Part shown: positions 50,084 through 62,477 of the stretch, piece after piece
Layout of the letters: the number at the start of each line of letters is the position of its first letter
Numbering within the stretch: the stretch's first letter is position 1
NCBI RefSeq assembly: GCF_000143415.4
Contig: NW_003314288.1
Location: 596,939-660,938, forward strand
Length of the DNA: 64,000 nucleotides
Source: Selaginella moellendorffii
Taxonomy: Eukaryota; Plantae; Lycopodiophyta
Reading direction: 5' to 3'
Position numbers and translations under genes: made by a program
Notes under the pieces: model-generated
What the model was told of the DNA's origin: nothing
Seen by the model: the letters and a program-made list of their open reading frames with translations, nothing else
Databases searched by the model: none

Positions 50084-53000
50084 ATGGTAAGTCTTTTAGG
50101 CCAAGTAGAAAATGGCATGAGGCCACATGCCATTCAATAGCAACATTGGCATGCACCGATTGGGCTCTCGAGTGCAGTCCGGTTACTGATGGCGTGTAGC
50201 CTCACGCCATCTTAGGATGCAGCCTCAAGACATCTGATGCAGTGGTGAATGGCGTGTGGCCTCACGTTATTTCCAGCTACTAGCTTTTCATCTGTCAGCT
50301 CTAATTGTTGTGCATTTCTGAACAGGCGAGGAATTGCGTTCTTCTTCCAGCCACTGTCAATGTGGATGCAGAGAAGGGGGAGGAGCTCACCAGTTGGACT
50401 TTCGGGATGGAAGGCGAGGATCTGAGGCTGTACAACACAGATGGTGGGAGAAAAGAATGCATGGGGATCCTCATCCAAGTGACAGACACTCCATGCAGTT
50501 CCATGCAAGAATATGGACTGGCACTTGTGGTAGAGACAGCGTCTGCCTTCAAGATCCACCTTGCACATCCTAGCGGCTTCCCGGAGGGGGGCAGCGGCTA
50601 TGAGGAATTCCTAGAGGGAGCTAGGGAGAGGTTGTCCAGGAGGCCCACAATTTCAAAGACGCTGCGGGTCTATGAAGATCACATGGAATCCACGGACCTC
50701 ACCTACGGCGATGTTCAAAAACTATATTCCAACATTGAGCCGTTGAGAGTGCCTCCAGTTCGCGAAGCGAAGGGGAAGGGGGTCGATTTGGAAACTACCC
50801 CGATGCAGAAAAGGGTGGTCAAGCTCAAGCCGACGTCCGACTCTCCTCCAAAAAAGAAGCTACTCGGTGATGCCATTGCCTCGGGTTCGAACACTACACC
50901 CACCAAAAAGAAGAGCCGCAAAGAGCAGAAAGAGCAAGAAGAGGCAGCAAAAATTGTCACAGATAATAGTACTTGTTACTATTCCAACAAAGTATATACA
51001 ATCGACGTGAGCCATATCGACATCCAAAGCAAATACAACCACAGGCTAGTATCTGATGAGTGGGTGGAGAAACTGAAGCAAAAGATGCTGGCAAGTCCAG
51101 TAACACCCGACATTGCAGACGTAATCCCCTACTACCGAACAATGAAGGGCGAGACGAGGTTTCTAAACTTGATCAATAGGAAGGTGTTGGACGATCAGAA
51201 CATCCGGTTTTATGCCGTCTCCGGGCAGCATTCTAGCTTGGTGATGCAAGAGATAGTTGTGGATATTATGGTGGGCGAGGAAGTGAAGAAAGTCTTCAAG
51301 ACAAGAGTTGTCCGCCTGATAAAAGGCAACTCGCCCCTCCGATCTATCATATACATCTCCCACGCGCAGAATGTCAAGAAAGAAACGTGCTACAAATCGG
51401 GTCTGCACGAGACATTGGCACGAACACGGAAGCTTTGGGTTCAACTGAAGAAGCCACAAAAACCAGGACAAGGACGTGCACTAGCAACTAGCGCCTGGCA
51501 GGTAAGCCTCGTTGCATGTGGCATAGCATGTGGCCTCACGCCATTTCCATTGTAGGAATTCTCGAGTCTTCTCTCGAAAACACTGGGGGTCAATGACACA
51601 CTCAGCATCCATAACATTCTACTCGCGACAAAAGTTGTTTTTGACAAATGGGTAGATGTGCTGAGGAGGTACCATGACGGGGAGTTGCCAAACTCAATGG
51701 GTGTGGAGGACGGCCGGAAGCCCAATGATTTGAAGCTCAACGCCTTGCGTTTCTCGCGGTCTCTAGACGACGACGACCTTCTGACAGTGGCTAATGCTCT
51801 TCTACGTGGTGAGGTAGTCTTCAACAAGACCAAAATGACTCCCGGCCATATTGTGACATACGAGGACTTGTGCACGACTCTGAGAGCTCGTGCGCTATTG
51901 AAGGATTGGATCTTCGAGCAAGTGGCCATGGAGAGGGTGAGCATCGACACCACGCAAGAGATGATGGAAGCGCTGGATTTGTCAAATGAAGACATCGATG
52001 ACTACGTGAAGGGGGCCCCCAAGTTCATCGATCTGCTGCGGGATGCCACAAAAAGTAAAGCTGAGAAGTTGGATCAGTATCCAAATTTCATTAAGAGTGA
52101 TGTCGAGCGCCGGCTTCATCGACCCCGCAGCAGAGGCCTATCGAGAACCTTACCGGGTATACTTGAATTCGGATGAGGATCAAAGGTGGAGGAGCATCGT
52201 TTCCCACGGAGATGAGTAGGTCAAGAACATCTTTTGTGTGATGGACTTCACAAACGAGGAGATCACTCATGCAGACAAAGTCAGCTCCATCATTAACTTA
52301 ATGGTGGGACTTGCGGAGGTGGAATCTTCAGTCCACTATATGATCTACGACTCCGAATCCTATCACAAGTTCTGGAAGGCCTTGAATGAGGTGAAGGCTC
52401 GGTTGAAAGGCAAGGAGATGCGGGAGATCCATGGGATAATGGCTAAGAAGAAGATACCGACGAATGTCCGCATCTTCACACTCGCCCTTGTTATTGGTCC
52501 TGTAGCAGAGTGGGACTGGAGTGACTTCCCAGCTTCGTTCGACAAGGCCAATCGAATTGATCTGAGGGAGGTCAATTTACCCCTGCCTGAGGAACTGAAG
52601 ACGGCTATGGAGCTTTCGAATCCAAAGAAAGCTCCAGGTGCAGCATGGGAAATGCTTAGCTGGGTCTTCAACGCAATAGCGGGTGGGTCACCTGCTTCCG
52701 ACTCCAAGGGCAAATGCGTTGTCGAGTACAACTGCGGCGGACTATTCTTTCGAGCCGCACTACTCAAGGGTGTCCCGTGTGTTGCGGTGACAAACTCCAT
52801 TGAAGAGGTGACTTCAATGGAGCATATAATTACAGTTGCCAAAGAAAAACAGTATCTTCTCTGCGAACCTGGTGAGTACGCACTTTAAGTTTAAATGTTA
52901 TCTCACAAGCTCTGTATGCAGGAGCGTGGCCACCCCCAAATGCTGAAACGGCATTAACAGCTACTGTTGAAGATACCCATGTTGGGCCGAGCTCACAACC

Positions 53001-55675
53001 TGCACAAGGTAAGGTCACATGAGGCCTCACGCCATTTTGATTATAGATCGTTGTGAATATTCAGACACGAGGACTAAAAAGCGCACTGGTGGCGTGTCGA
53101 AGAAGGACAAACAGACAAGCAATAGGAAAAAAGGAGGTACAAATTATATTTGCAATGGCGTGTGGTCTCATGCCATTCCTTGCAGGAGACACTTCTTCAA
53201 AGGCAAAACAGGCAAGCACCAGCCAAGCTCAAACTGACAGTGGTCATAAAAAGCGAAAGCACGTTGGACAGTCGTCGGGATCAGAGGCATTTGATTCGAA
53301 AAGGAAGAAGGGCAACGAAAAGATGATAGGTAATGCCTCGCGGATATGGCGTATGTGCTCATGCCATTCATTGCAGATCAAGGGCTGAGTGAAAGCAGGT
53401 AGTCACCACCTCCTGACTCAGATTCCTATGGCGGACTCCCCTTCCCCAATCTCAATGGAGAGGTACAATGGATGAGGGATGCTTTTCAAGTCAGGGCCAC
53501 GTTTTTCTCATCTCGTCGTCTTCGAAGGGTGCAAGAACGTGCAGAAACCATGTTAAGACAATCGGGTGAGGATACAGTCCTAGGTCACGCACTAAAACAG
53601 GCTATGGATGTCTTGTATTTTGAGATGGAGACTCGGCCAGATGATTTTCCCAAGATGGTCCTGGAAGAACAAGCCATCCAGCCTGAGCAGCCTATGGAAG
53701 AAATGCAGGAGGGGGATGAGGAGCCAGAGAAAGATAATGAGCAGGAAGAGCAGAAGGACGAAGAGGAGGACAAAGAAGAGGAGGACGAAGAAGAGGAGGA
53801 CGAAGAGGACTTGGATGGTCCTCACAATGGTGACGATCACAATAACGACGACGACGATGATGACGACGATGGCCAGCCTGAGGTGGCCAAAGAGCAGCGG
53901 AGGAAGGTCATACAAGACAAACCATCAGGTAAATAATAGTACATCCATTCCTAACCTTTTACCATTTCTAACATTGTCCATGTAGGTCGCAGAGCAAATG
54001 GTAAGTAGAGATTATTCAGTTGAATTTACAAACTCTAGCCTTTAGTGTCGAGGAAGGATAGTGCCAAGCAAGGGTCGAAACGTATGTCCAATCCTTCAGA
54101 ATCAGCAGTGCGCCCAAGTGATATCGGTCCTAGTTCCTCAATAGCAGTTGATGGTAAATACAATATAGTCGATTCAATGTGCTAATGAGTTTGTTTTTAG
54201 TAGCACGGGAGGATACCATCTCAATCGAAGGGAGATATTTGGACATGCATATGGATCCGCCAGTGGACTCTACTTGGCTGCAAGAGTCATCAGAGCTGGT
54301 GGAGGCTACTATCCATATCAACGCCAAGCAAGCTGACCACGCTCCACTTGATGCTGCCCATACCATTGAGTCAATCTTGTCCACGTATCCAACTGACGGT
54401 GACCAGGCGCCATTGGACCTGCATGAGGCCGCCCCAGCCGCCGAGCCGGTCGTATCCTCATTTCCAACGGACTCAACGTGTGCCCAATCGTCTGACTACG
54501 CGCCGTTGGAACCTCCCTACACCGCCCCTGCTGCTTGTTCGGTCATGTCCACTTTGCTAACGGAGGCACCAGCTGAAATGGCGTGTGATCACACGCCATC
54601 GGAACCACCCCATGCCACTGTTGAGCCAGTTGTACCAGAGTCTACAGCTGAAATGGCATGTGCCCACACGCCATCGGATGCGATTGACCCCACATTGCAG
54701 AGGAGAGTATTTCCGCCCTTCACGTTTCCTCGACCAAAACCCTCTCAACGACTATCGGGAGCATCATTCGCTAATATTGTAGATGGTAAAATTGACTTGT
54801 ACCATTTTTTATGCTGACGCTTTTTCATTTCAGAGTCACGGCGAAGGTACTGTATCATTTTTGATTTGAACGGTGTCTTTTTCTCCCATGAGCGTGGCTC
54901 GTCCTCGAATGTCATTGCACCCTCCAAAGCCTGCGGTTGCAAGTTGGTCAAAAGAGACAGATTCACATTAATCACACGGGAGAAACTACAGGATCTAATA
55001 ATGACCATGCGACACTTAAAACAGAGGGCCGGGTTCAATTTGCAATTGGGAGTTTGGACATCCATGATGCGCCACAATGCATTAACGTTGCTACAGATGA
55101 TGCACGATCAGATGCGAGTAATATTACCATTTGACTTTCTCCTAACGCAGGAGGATTGCTTGACTATGGTCCATGTGAGGGGTAGCAAGCCCATCTTCGT
55201 CAAGCCAGAGGCTGTAGTGATGAACCGGACTGCTAGGTCAAGTGAAATCCTCATCATCGATGACTCGCCGATTAAAACTGCAGCGAACACGCACACATAT
55301 GCAGTGCACCCCATCTCTTGCAGTATGGAAACTAGGGAAATAAAACCGTATGTTCTGGGGGACCTTGCAAAACGGCTTGGAGCGATGGTGATAGAGAACC
55401 GGCCAGTCCAGGAGGTGGCTGCAGAAATCAACCAAATGGCAGATGGAACGGTATATCAGAAGCCATTTGATCGGACAGACACCAGTCATCATTTATGGCA
55501 TGTATATTGTCTAGCCAAGCACTATCCGCATCTCCATAATCTGCTCAACCGGATGGGTTCTTCGACTACTGAACATGAGCGTGGACGTATTAGAGAAGAG
55601 ATGGCATTACTATTGGGTTTAAATCCTGATAGTGTGGAGAGTGATGAAATTCCAAGATTATTGTATAGGCGTTGA
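50084..55675 (+). pseudogene. Multi-exon transposon cargo gene: ParB/Srx-like, degenerate N6/N4-MTase-like, acidic low-complexity and FCP1/NIF HAD domains
   Basis: GT-AG introns of ~45-55 nt (e.g. 51502-51555, phase 0, joins the 50305 and 51658 ORFs in frame; 52872-52921; ~53138-53185; ~53330-53376; ~54786-54833). Motifs FYAVSGQHS and IIFDLNGV/GVWTS/LIIDDSPIK. Apparent frameshift near 52125 and TAG at 52217. Confidence 0.7.
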
Positions 55676-56138
55676 AGGCAAAAAATAACAGTCTGAGATG
55701 GCATGTATTTATTTAAAAATGTAACTTATTATGGCATGGGGTTCCATGCCATTGTATTAATATTAAAAGACAATTCTTTGAGAGGATTTGCATTATACTA
55801 GAAGTGTTATAGCATGTTATTGGAAGTCTACAAAGTTGTTTTATTAATAAGGGGAAAGTAAAGATTGAATGGGGACTTGGGCTCCACCTAGACTCGGAGC
55901 AACTGAGCCAATATTAAAAGGATGGAAAGAAATTGGACGATGATGACAAGGAGAAGAGAGAGGTGAAGTAGTGGCAGGGGGAGGAGAAGTGATTGAGTAG
56001 ACATTTCCTTGTTTAAAATAAAATGGCATGTGCCTCAATGCAGTTGAATTTTGTTATATTTATATACTATATAAAGGTTTGGAAACCTTATTTTACAAGT
56101 GGGATAATGACAATTCCCACTTTAACGAAATAGAGCTT

Positions 56139-57990
56139 AGTGGAGAAGGAAGAGGAGCTTGAGAAAGGGCATCAGCATCAGCCATAGAACTCCCTGGGCG
56201 ATGAACAACATCAAAATCATATATCTGAAGCTTCAAAGCCCATCGAGCCGTACGACCAACTAGGTTCTTCCGCTTCAATAATGAAATAACAACAGCATGG
56301 TCACCTTCAAGTAACGTCTGAGAACCATGTAGATAGGCATGAAGTTTCTCAAAACCCTAGACTGTTGCTAAACACTCCTTCTCCGTCGTGGAGTAGTTCA
56401 TCTCCGCTGATTGTAATGTACCGCTTATGTATGCAATGGGATGGCGCTGACCCGGCACACTCGAGCTCTCTTGCATCAACACACCTCCAAGACCAATGTC
56501 AGAAGCATCCACGGGCAAAATAAAAGGTCAAGTGTAGTCAGGATATGCCAAAACCGGAGGAGTCGTCAATAGTTTTTTGAGATCCACAAATGCTCGCTCA
56601 CAATCCGGAGAATAGATGAAAGATGATGTTGATGACTTCAGCAACGCTCGCAATGGTGTAGTGCGATCGGAAAGATGATCCACAAAACGACCGAGATACT
56701 GCACCTTACCCAAAAAGAGCTGCACATCATTCACACACTTTGGTGTAGGGAACTTTAGAATAGCCACAAGTTTGTCAGGATCAACTTGCAAACCCTCACG
56801 AGAAATACGGTACCCAAGATAAGTTGTGTCCTTGGACCCAAACACGCACTTTGACCCTTTCAGTTTTAAACCAACGTCGCATAGCCGATCCAACACTTTA
56901 CAAACATCATGAAAGTGCTCCTCCCACGTCCCCTCCGAGTGGATCAAGACATCATCAATGAAGTGAGAAGTCACCTCCGGCATATCGCAAAGAACCTCAT
57001 CCATCATCCGCTGGAAAGTTGCTGGAGCATTGTTTAAACCAAACGGCATCACCAAGAACTCGTACAAACCAAATGGTGTACGAAAAGTAGTCTTAGGAAT
57101 ATCTTCTTCGGCCATCGGTACTTGCCAATACCCAGAAGCAAGATCTAGCTTGGTGAACCAACGACTTCGCCCCAGACGATCCAAAAGATCAGCAGTGTGA
57201 GGAAGAGGATACACATCTGGGATTGTCACTTCGTTTAACGGACAATAGTCGATGCAGAAACGAATACTCCCATCAGGCTTCGTCACAAGATGAGGTTCAC
57301 ATGCCCAAGGACTCCGCAACTTCCGAATAACACCCTTCTCTAGCATTTCCTTAACATTTGCTCGTAAAATCTTGATCTCCTTAGGTGACCAACGATGAAC
57401 AGGAACCTTGATTGGACGAGCATCCCCAATTGGAATCGGATGATGTGTGGCAATCTTGGCCCTAGACGATAAGTCAAATTCAAAGAGATCAGAATACTCC
57501 TTCATGAGCCGGTCAACTGCTGCAACACAAAAATCGTCGGAGGGATCGGAAAAGGGAAAAGCAGAACAAGATGGAAACACAAAAGGAAAGAGTGGGGGAA
57601 CAAAAGTAACAGAAGCAGAGGTAGAAGTAGAGGGACGAAGAGGTATGGAAGTGAGAGGAATGGATGAAACATAAGGAAGTATGAGACAAGGGGGAGCAAA
57701 GTCACACTTGGCATGATTGCACTGCAACCAATCCATACCAAGAATGAGGTCAAAAGCTTGACTCGGCACCACCCACAACGGCTGCAACTCAAGTTTGAGA
57801 TCGCCCACACACACAACCAGGTCCACCTCATCCCGTGCACATGCATGTGTACAGCCGTTGCCATAAAGAATGAAAACTGGTTCCGCCGCACGGCGCAAGT
57901 GTAAATGACAACGTGTGGCAACAGGTCAAGCAATAGAAGATAAACTCGAACCTGTATCAACCAACACGGAGAGAATAATAGGAGACCTCT
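56139..57990 (-). pseudogene. Gypsy protease-RT-RNaseH
   Basis: FDLILGMDWL, LDLASGYWQV, MPFGLNNAPATFQR, FIDDVL, ARWALKLQIYDFDVVHRPG. Confidence 0.93.
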
Positions 57991-58088
57991 TGTTATAAAA
58001 ACGAGCTTGGAAAGTACACACTAGATGAACCGGTGCCGAGTGAACCCCTTGATGATACTCCCGAAAGAAAGATGGAGGGGTCCCTAAC

Positions 58089-59019
58089 TTATTCGTGCAA
58101 GGTCCCTCCGTTACTCACGCGACTCCTCGTTTCCCAGATGCATCTCGGTGTCCAGACCTTCCACTGCAGCAACACCCATGGGACGTTGCTGACGCCAAGG
58201 TCTCCACCAAGGAAATGGAGGTCGCCAATCCGGAAAATGACGGCAACGCCGATAAGTATGACCAACTTCATCACATGCCCAGCAGCAAACATCACGGCCA
58301 CGACCATGTCCTCGCACTTTTCCTTGGACTCAAGCAGCAGCAGCATCAACCTCCATTGGAACAGGACCATCACCCATAGGAAATGGAGCAGAAGGACGTG
58401 CAGCGAGAAGTGGAAGAGGTGACGTCTCATAACATTGTGCCAAGCGAAGAGCATCGTCAAGGGTGGCAGGAGCAAGTGCATGCACAAGGCCGACAAGATC
58501 TTGATGAAGTGCTGGCCACAACATTCCTAGCTTGATCCGCTCCGACATATTTGGCTCCGCACGAAGCAAAAAACTTTGGAAACGAACGCCAAATTGCATC
58601 ACCAACTCAGATGGCCCTTGGTGAAGATGATGCAATTGTTGGAAAGCATCATCACAATCATCGGCATGTCCAAAGGCGCGTTTGAAGACGTACGGGAGAA
58701 CACTCCAATCCCCACGAGTGGCTGTGCTCAAACCATTGTACCACTGCAATGCCGTCCCTTGGAGACACGTGGGAAACTCATGCAACCGTCGAGCATTATC
58801 CCAAGAATGATATGTGGCAATCACCGTGAAGTGATTAAACCAATGGTACACATCATCCCCAGGATTCCCCCGAAAGAACTCCGGCCGAACGCGAGGATTG
58901 GCACCAAGAGCAGGAGGAGTTGGACCACGTGTTGTGAATGCCGCCATCAATTGAGTTTGGTTGTTCAATTGCAAGTGCATAGCATCAAGCAATTGGACCA
59001 ACTGCTGCTCGAGAGTCAA
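58089..59019 (-). pseudogene. Gypsy gag
   Basis: PEFFRG, CLQGTALQWY, GPVPMEVD and frameshifted CWACDEVGHTYRRC knuckle. Confidence 0.9.
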
Positions 59020-60154
59020 AGGAGGAGATTGCTAATCTGCCATGGAGACGAATGAAAAAGAAAGAGCAAAAGAAGAGAAATGACAAAAAGCTAGAAGGAA
59101 ATGGTAGATCTAGACAATGCAAAAAGCTAGATCTAAACCAAAATCCTGAAAGGAAAGAACAAAAAGAAGGAAATGGAAAAAGCTAGATCTAGACAATGCA
59201 AAAGTTAGATCTAAACCAAAATCCCAAATCTAAGCACTCCTCAAGGACAATCAAAGGTGCCCCTCAACTCCACCAATGTGAGTGTTTGGAATATGGAAAG
59301 GGAATACAGAAATGTGCATATTAATTAGCCCAAAAACCCTAGCTTATATATAGGAGCGAGTGGTCCAGATTGAAACCAATCCGACAGCTACCAAAATCCC
59401 ACTATGCTAATATTAGTATACGGCATCATAACCGTACACTTGGCCCTCACAGCACGAAAAAAAAAGGCAAATTTAGACTTAAGTAATTTTCAAAAACCCC
59501 AACCAAATCTAAAGTGTTGGGGTCATTTTAAAAATTATTCCGGAAATATTCGAGAAGATTCTTAGGTAAGGCTTTGGCGTGCCTGCGAAGATCTGATCTC
59601 GCGGCATGGCCCGAGAATTAAAACATGGCAGCAGCCGCGGAGATTTATGAGGAGAGGCCTGAGGAGGTGGAGGAAGCAGGTAATCCGATTTTAGGGTTCG
59701 AAGAGGAAATAGAGCTCTGGGAAATGGGGCCGATTGAGATGGATCTGGGCCTCCTCGTGCTCTATCTTCACCAACAGGAGGAGGAAGAGGTGCCCATGCG
59801 GGGTGGCCGGGGTTGGCCGCGGATCTCTGAATTTGGCCCCGGGAGGATTAGGCCATGGTTCCGAGGCGGCTCGAGGAGGGGGTGCCCCAGGAGGAGGAGG
59901 CCATGGTTCTACTCTAGGAGGAGGATGCTGCGGTTCTTCTCTGGGAGGATGAGGCCATGGATCATCGCCAGGAGGAGGCCAAGCCTCGGTGATAGGAGCC
60001 AAAGCCACAGCGGGAGGAGTCCAAGCCACGCCCAGAGGAGCCCAAGCCACGTCTGGAGGAGTTCCCCTGGAGCACAGCGTGCCGGGAGCTCCAACTGCTT
60101 TGAGAACCAGAGATGGCGGTGAGTTTACATTTCTTAGGTTGCATGCATGCATGA

Positions 60155-60469
60155 GTGATTGAGAGCTCCCGGCAGGGTCATAAAGAAGAGGGAGATGACA
60201 GTGTCCCCGATCTGGAACAAGACCTAGATGCTCACATGGAGGAGCTCGACCACGAGGCTGTCCAGTTTGTGGATACCTCGGGTTTTGCTGCACCTGCTGC
60301 TGCGAAGAGAACCCAGGGAAAGAACTGGAACCATGCTGAGACCATGGTCCTGATTGATCTAGTTCAGGAAAAACATCTCGCGAAGATTGCGGGGGAGGGA
60401 GGAGCAGCCAGCATGTTCTCATTACGAAGACACAGCGCTGGAATCTCATCTTTCACCGTTTTGCTTTAG
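60155..60469 (+). pseudogene. Myb/SANT-like (trihelix) N-terminal fragment, possibly PIF/Harbinger-associated
   Basis: RTQGKNWNHAETMVLIDLV resembles the first helix of Myb/SANT-like domains. Confidence 0.35.
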
Positions 60470-60529
60470 GGTTTAAATGCACATTGCGGATGACAAGAGC
60501 CCCGCTGCCAGATGAAGAAGACCGTGAAT

Positions 60530-62477
60530 TTGAGGTTTGTTGGTGTTAGGCGCCAGCTTTGACCACTTGGTCAACATTAGTCAAAGGGAGGCTCAAGGGT
60601 ATATTAAGGCATGTTAGGGTAAGGGATTTAACCTACCCTAGGGCTCATAGTGGAGTTTTTGATGTAGTTCAGGGGTGGTTGGGTGGTGAAGAACCTCAAG
60701 AGGTGGTGTAGCATAGTCTATGGCGACTAGATCTCTGTCTTTTTGCGCCGGATCATAACATTAGTATTAAAGGAGTTGGTTGTGATGGGTGACCAAGTTG
60801 AACGCTAGAATCCTATTGCCAATGGTGGTGCCGACGATGGTGCCGATGAAGCTGCAGAGATTTGAACCATTCAAGATGTGGTTCGTGAGCTGCGAGCCCT
60901 TATGGCCAATCTTCTTCTCACGGTAAGTCAGATACTAAAAAGTTGCGCGAGGATGACGAAAACGACCATTCCGGTCAGACTTTCAATCATTGCTCGTCAG
61001 CTTAACTGTGTGTGGAACAAGATGGAGCTTAAGGATACGCATGAATCAACTTTAATGCTAGAGGGCATGTTCCATAGTGATTTAATGCAGATTTTACTGG
61101 ATAGTGGGAGCGATGACAACTTTGTTTCGGCAAAGTTTGTTGTGGAGCATGGCCTGGTTGAACGCGGAGTTCTTCCATACACAGTGGAAGGTGCAGCTAC
61201 CTCTGCTCAGCATTTCGATGCTTGTGTCGAGGGGCTGGAAGTGTTGGCTGGCAAAACCACACTTGTGGAGACTTTTTATCTCGCGGATATCCATTGTGTG
61301 GATCTCATTCTTGGGATGCCAAGGTTGGTGAAAGTGGATCCAAAGATAAAGTGGAGTATTAAGCGTATTTCACTGAAGTATGGTGGCATTAAAGATGTGT
61401 GGTTTGGCGAGGGCGTTCAGCCACCAGTTGTTATGCTCTCTACTACATCTTTGAAGCGGGCTTATCGTAATGGAAAAGCACTTTTGAGTTACTTGTTGTT
61501 TGTTCGTGATTTGAGGGACTAAGGCACATGTGGGGGAGAAGCAGCAGTACGGGATGTACTTGACGAGTTTTCTGATGTTTTTCCATTTGAACTTCCTCAT
61601 AGATTGCCTCCGTTATGAGGTGTGGAGCATGGGATTACATTGGAGCCGGGGACGCGGCCAATTTATTGGCATCCATTTGGGTTAAGTTATGCGGAGGAGC
61701 AAGAAGTTCAATGACAAATCAAGGAGTTACTTGAGTTTGGATTTATTCAGCTAAGTAAGTTTCCGTTTGGTGCTCCGGTCTTGCTTGTGAAGAAGAAGGA
61801 TGGTTCAATGCGAATGTGTATTGACTACCACGCTTTGAACAAAAAGACAATGAAGGATAAGATGCCGATGCCACGTGTGGATGATATCCTAGACAAGCTT
61901 GATGAAGCACGAGTGTTTACCAAGATTGGTCTGAGGAGTGGATATCATCAGATTGCAATGGATGATGCATTTATCTCCAAGACGGCATTCAACACAAGCT
62001 TCGGACATTTTGAGTTTACAGTTATGCTGTTTGGTTTTACGAATGCACTAGCCACATTTACTCGGTTGATGACAGAGGTATTTGGGCGTTATCTTCATGA
62101 GTTTGTGGAGATTTTCCTGGACGATATTCTTGTTTTTAGCAAGAATATGGAGGAGTATAAGGTGCATTTGCGCAAAGTTCTTTTGTTACTCCGAGACAGC
62201 AAACTTTATGTGAAGAAGAGCAAATGTGAATTTGCAAAGTTGGAGTTGGAATATCTAAGCCATATTGAAACTGGCCTACACCGATAATAGTGGCCGAGTT
62301 ATGCAGTTTTCTTGGTATGGCTAGTTACTACCGATGTTTCCAGCATAAGTTTGCAGAAGTGGCTATTCCTTTGACACGGTTGTTACGCAAGAATGTGCCA
62401 TTCGAGTGGAAGAAGCCACAAGAGGAGAGTTTTGTGGAGCTGAAACGATTGTTGAGTGAGACTCCAGTGCTTCGCAT
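60530..62477 (+). mobile_element. Degenerate Gypsy (protease and RT), gag mostly deleted, interrupted at 62478
   Basis: LLDSGSDDNFVS, LVKKKDGSMRMCIDY, LRSGYHQI, FLDDIL. Confidence 0.85.

Larger units (their letters stand above)
43858..56138. mobile_element. 12.3-kb TIR DNA transposon, Sola-like, with cargo gene
   Basis: Perfect 24-bp TIR AAGCTCTATTTCGTTAAAGTGGGA (43858-43881 / 56115-56138) and 4-bp TSD AGTG. Excision restores the host frame ...LPSPLTSHVSDKPVVPASVDFL. Confidence 0.93.
42161..59451 (-). mobile_element. Ty3/Gypsy element with 175-bp LTRs, split by a DNA transposon
   Basis: LTRs 42161-42335 and 59277-59451; PBS TGGTGGAGTTGAGGGG (tRNA-Ala-like) next to 59276; PPT next to 42336; flanks GCAT/GCAC. 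Confidence 0.93.

Noticed and set aside
44402-56045. CRISPR array interpretation of the recurring palindromes
   Set aside because: Spacing is irregular (tens to thousands of bp), the context is eukaryotic and intron-containing, and there are no cas genes.
43858-56138. CACTA assignment because of the Tnp1-like domains
   Set aside because: Ends are AAGCT rather than CACTA, the TSD is 4 bp, and the catalytic motifs are Sola-type (ENKN, GHTHEDVD).
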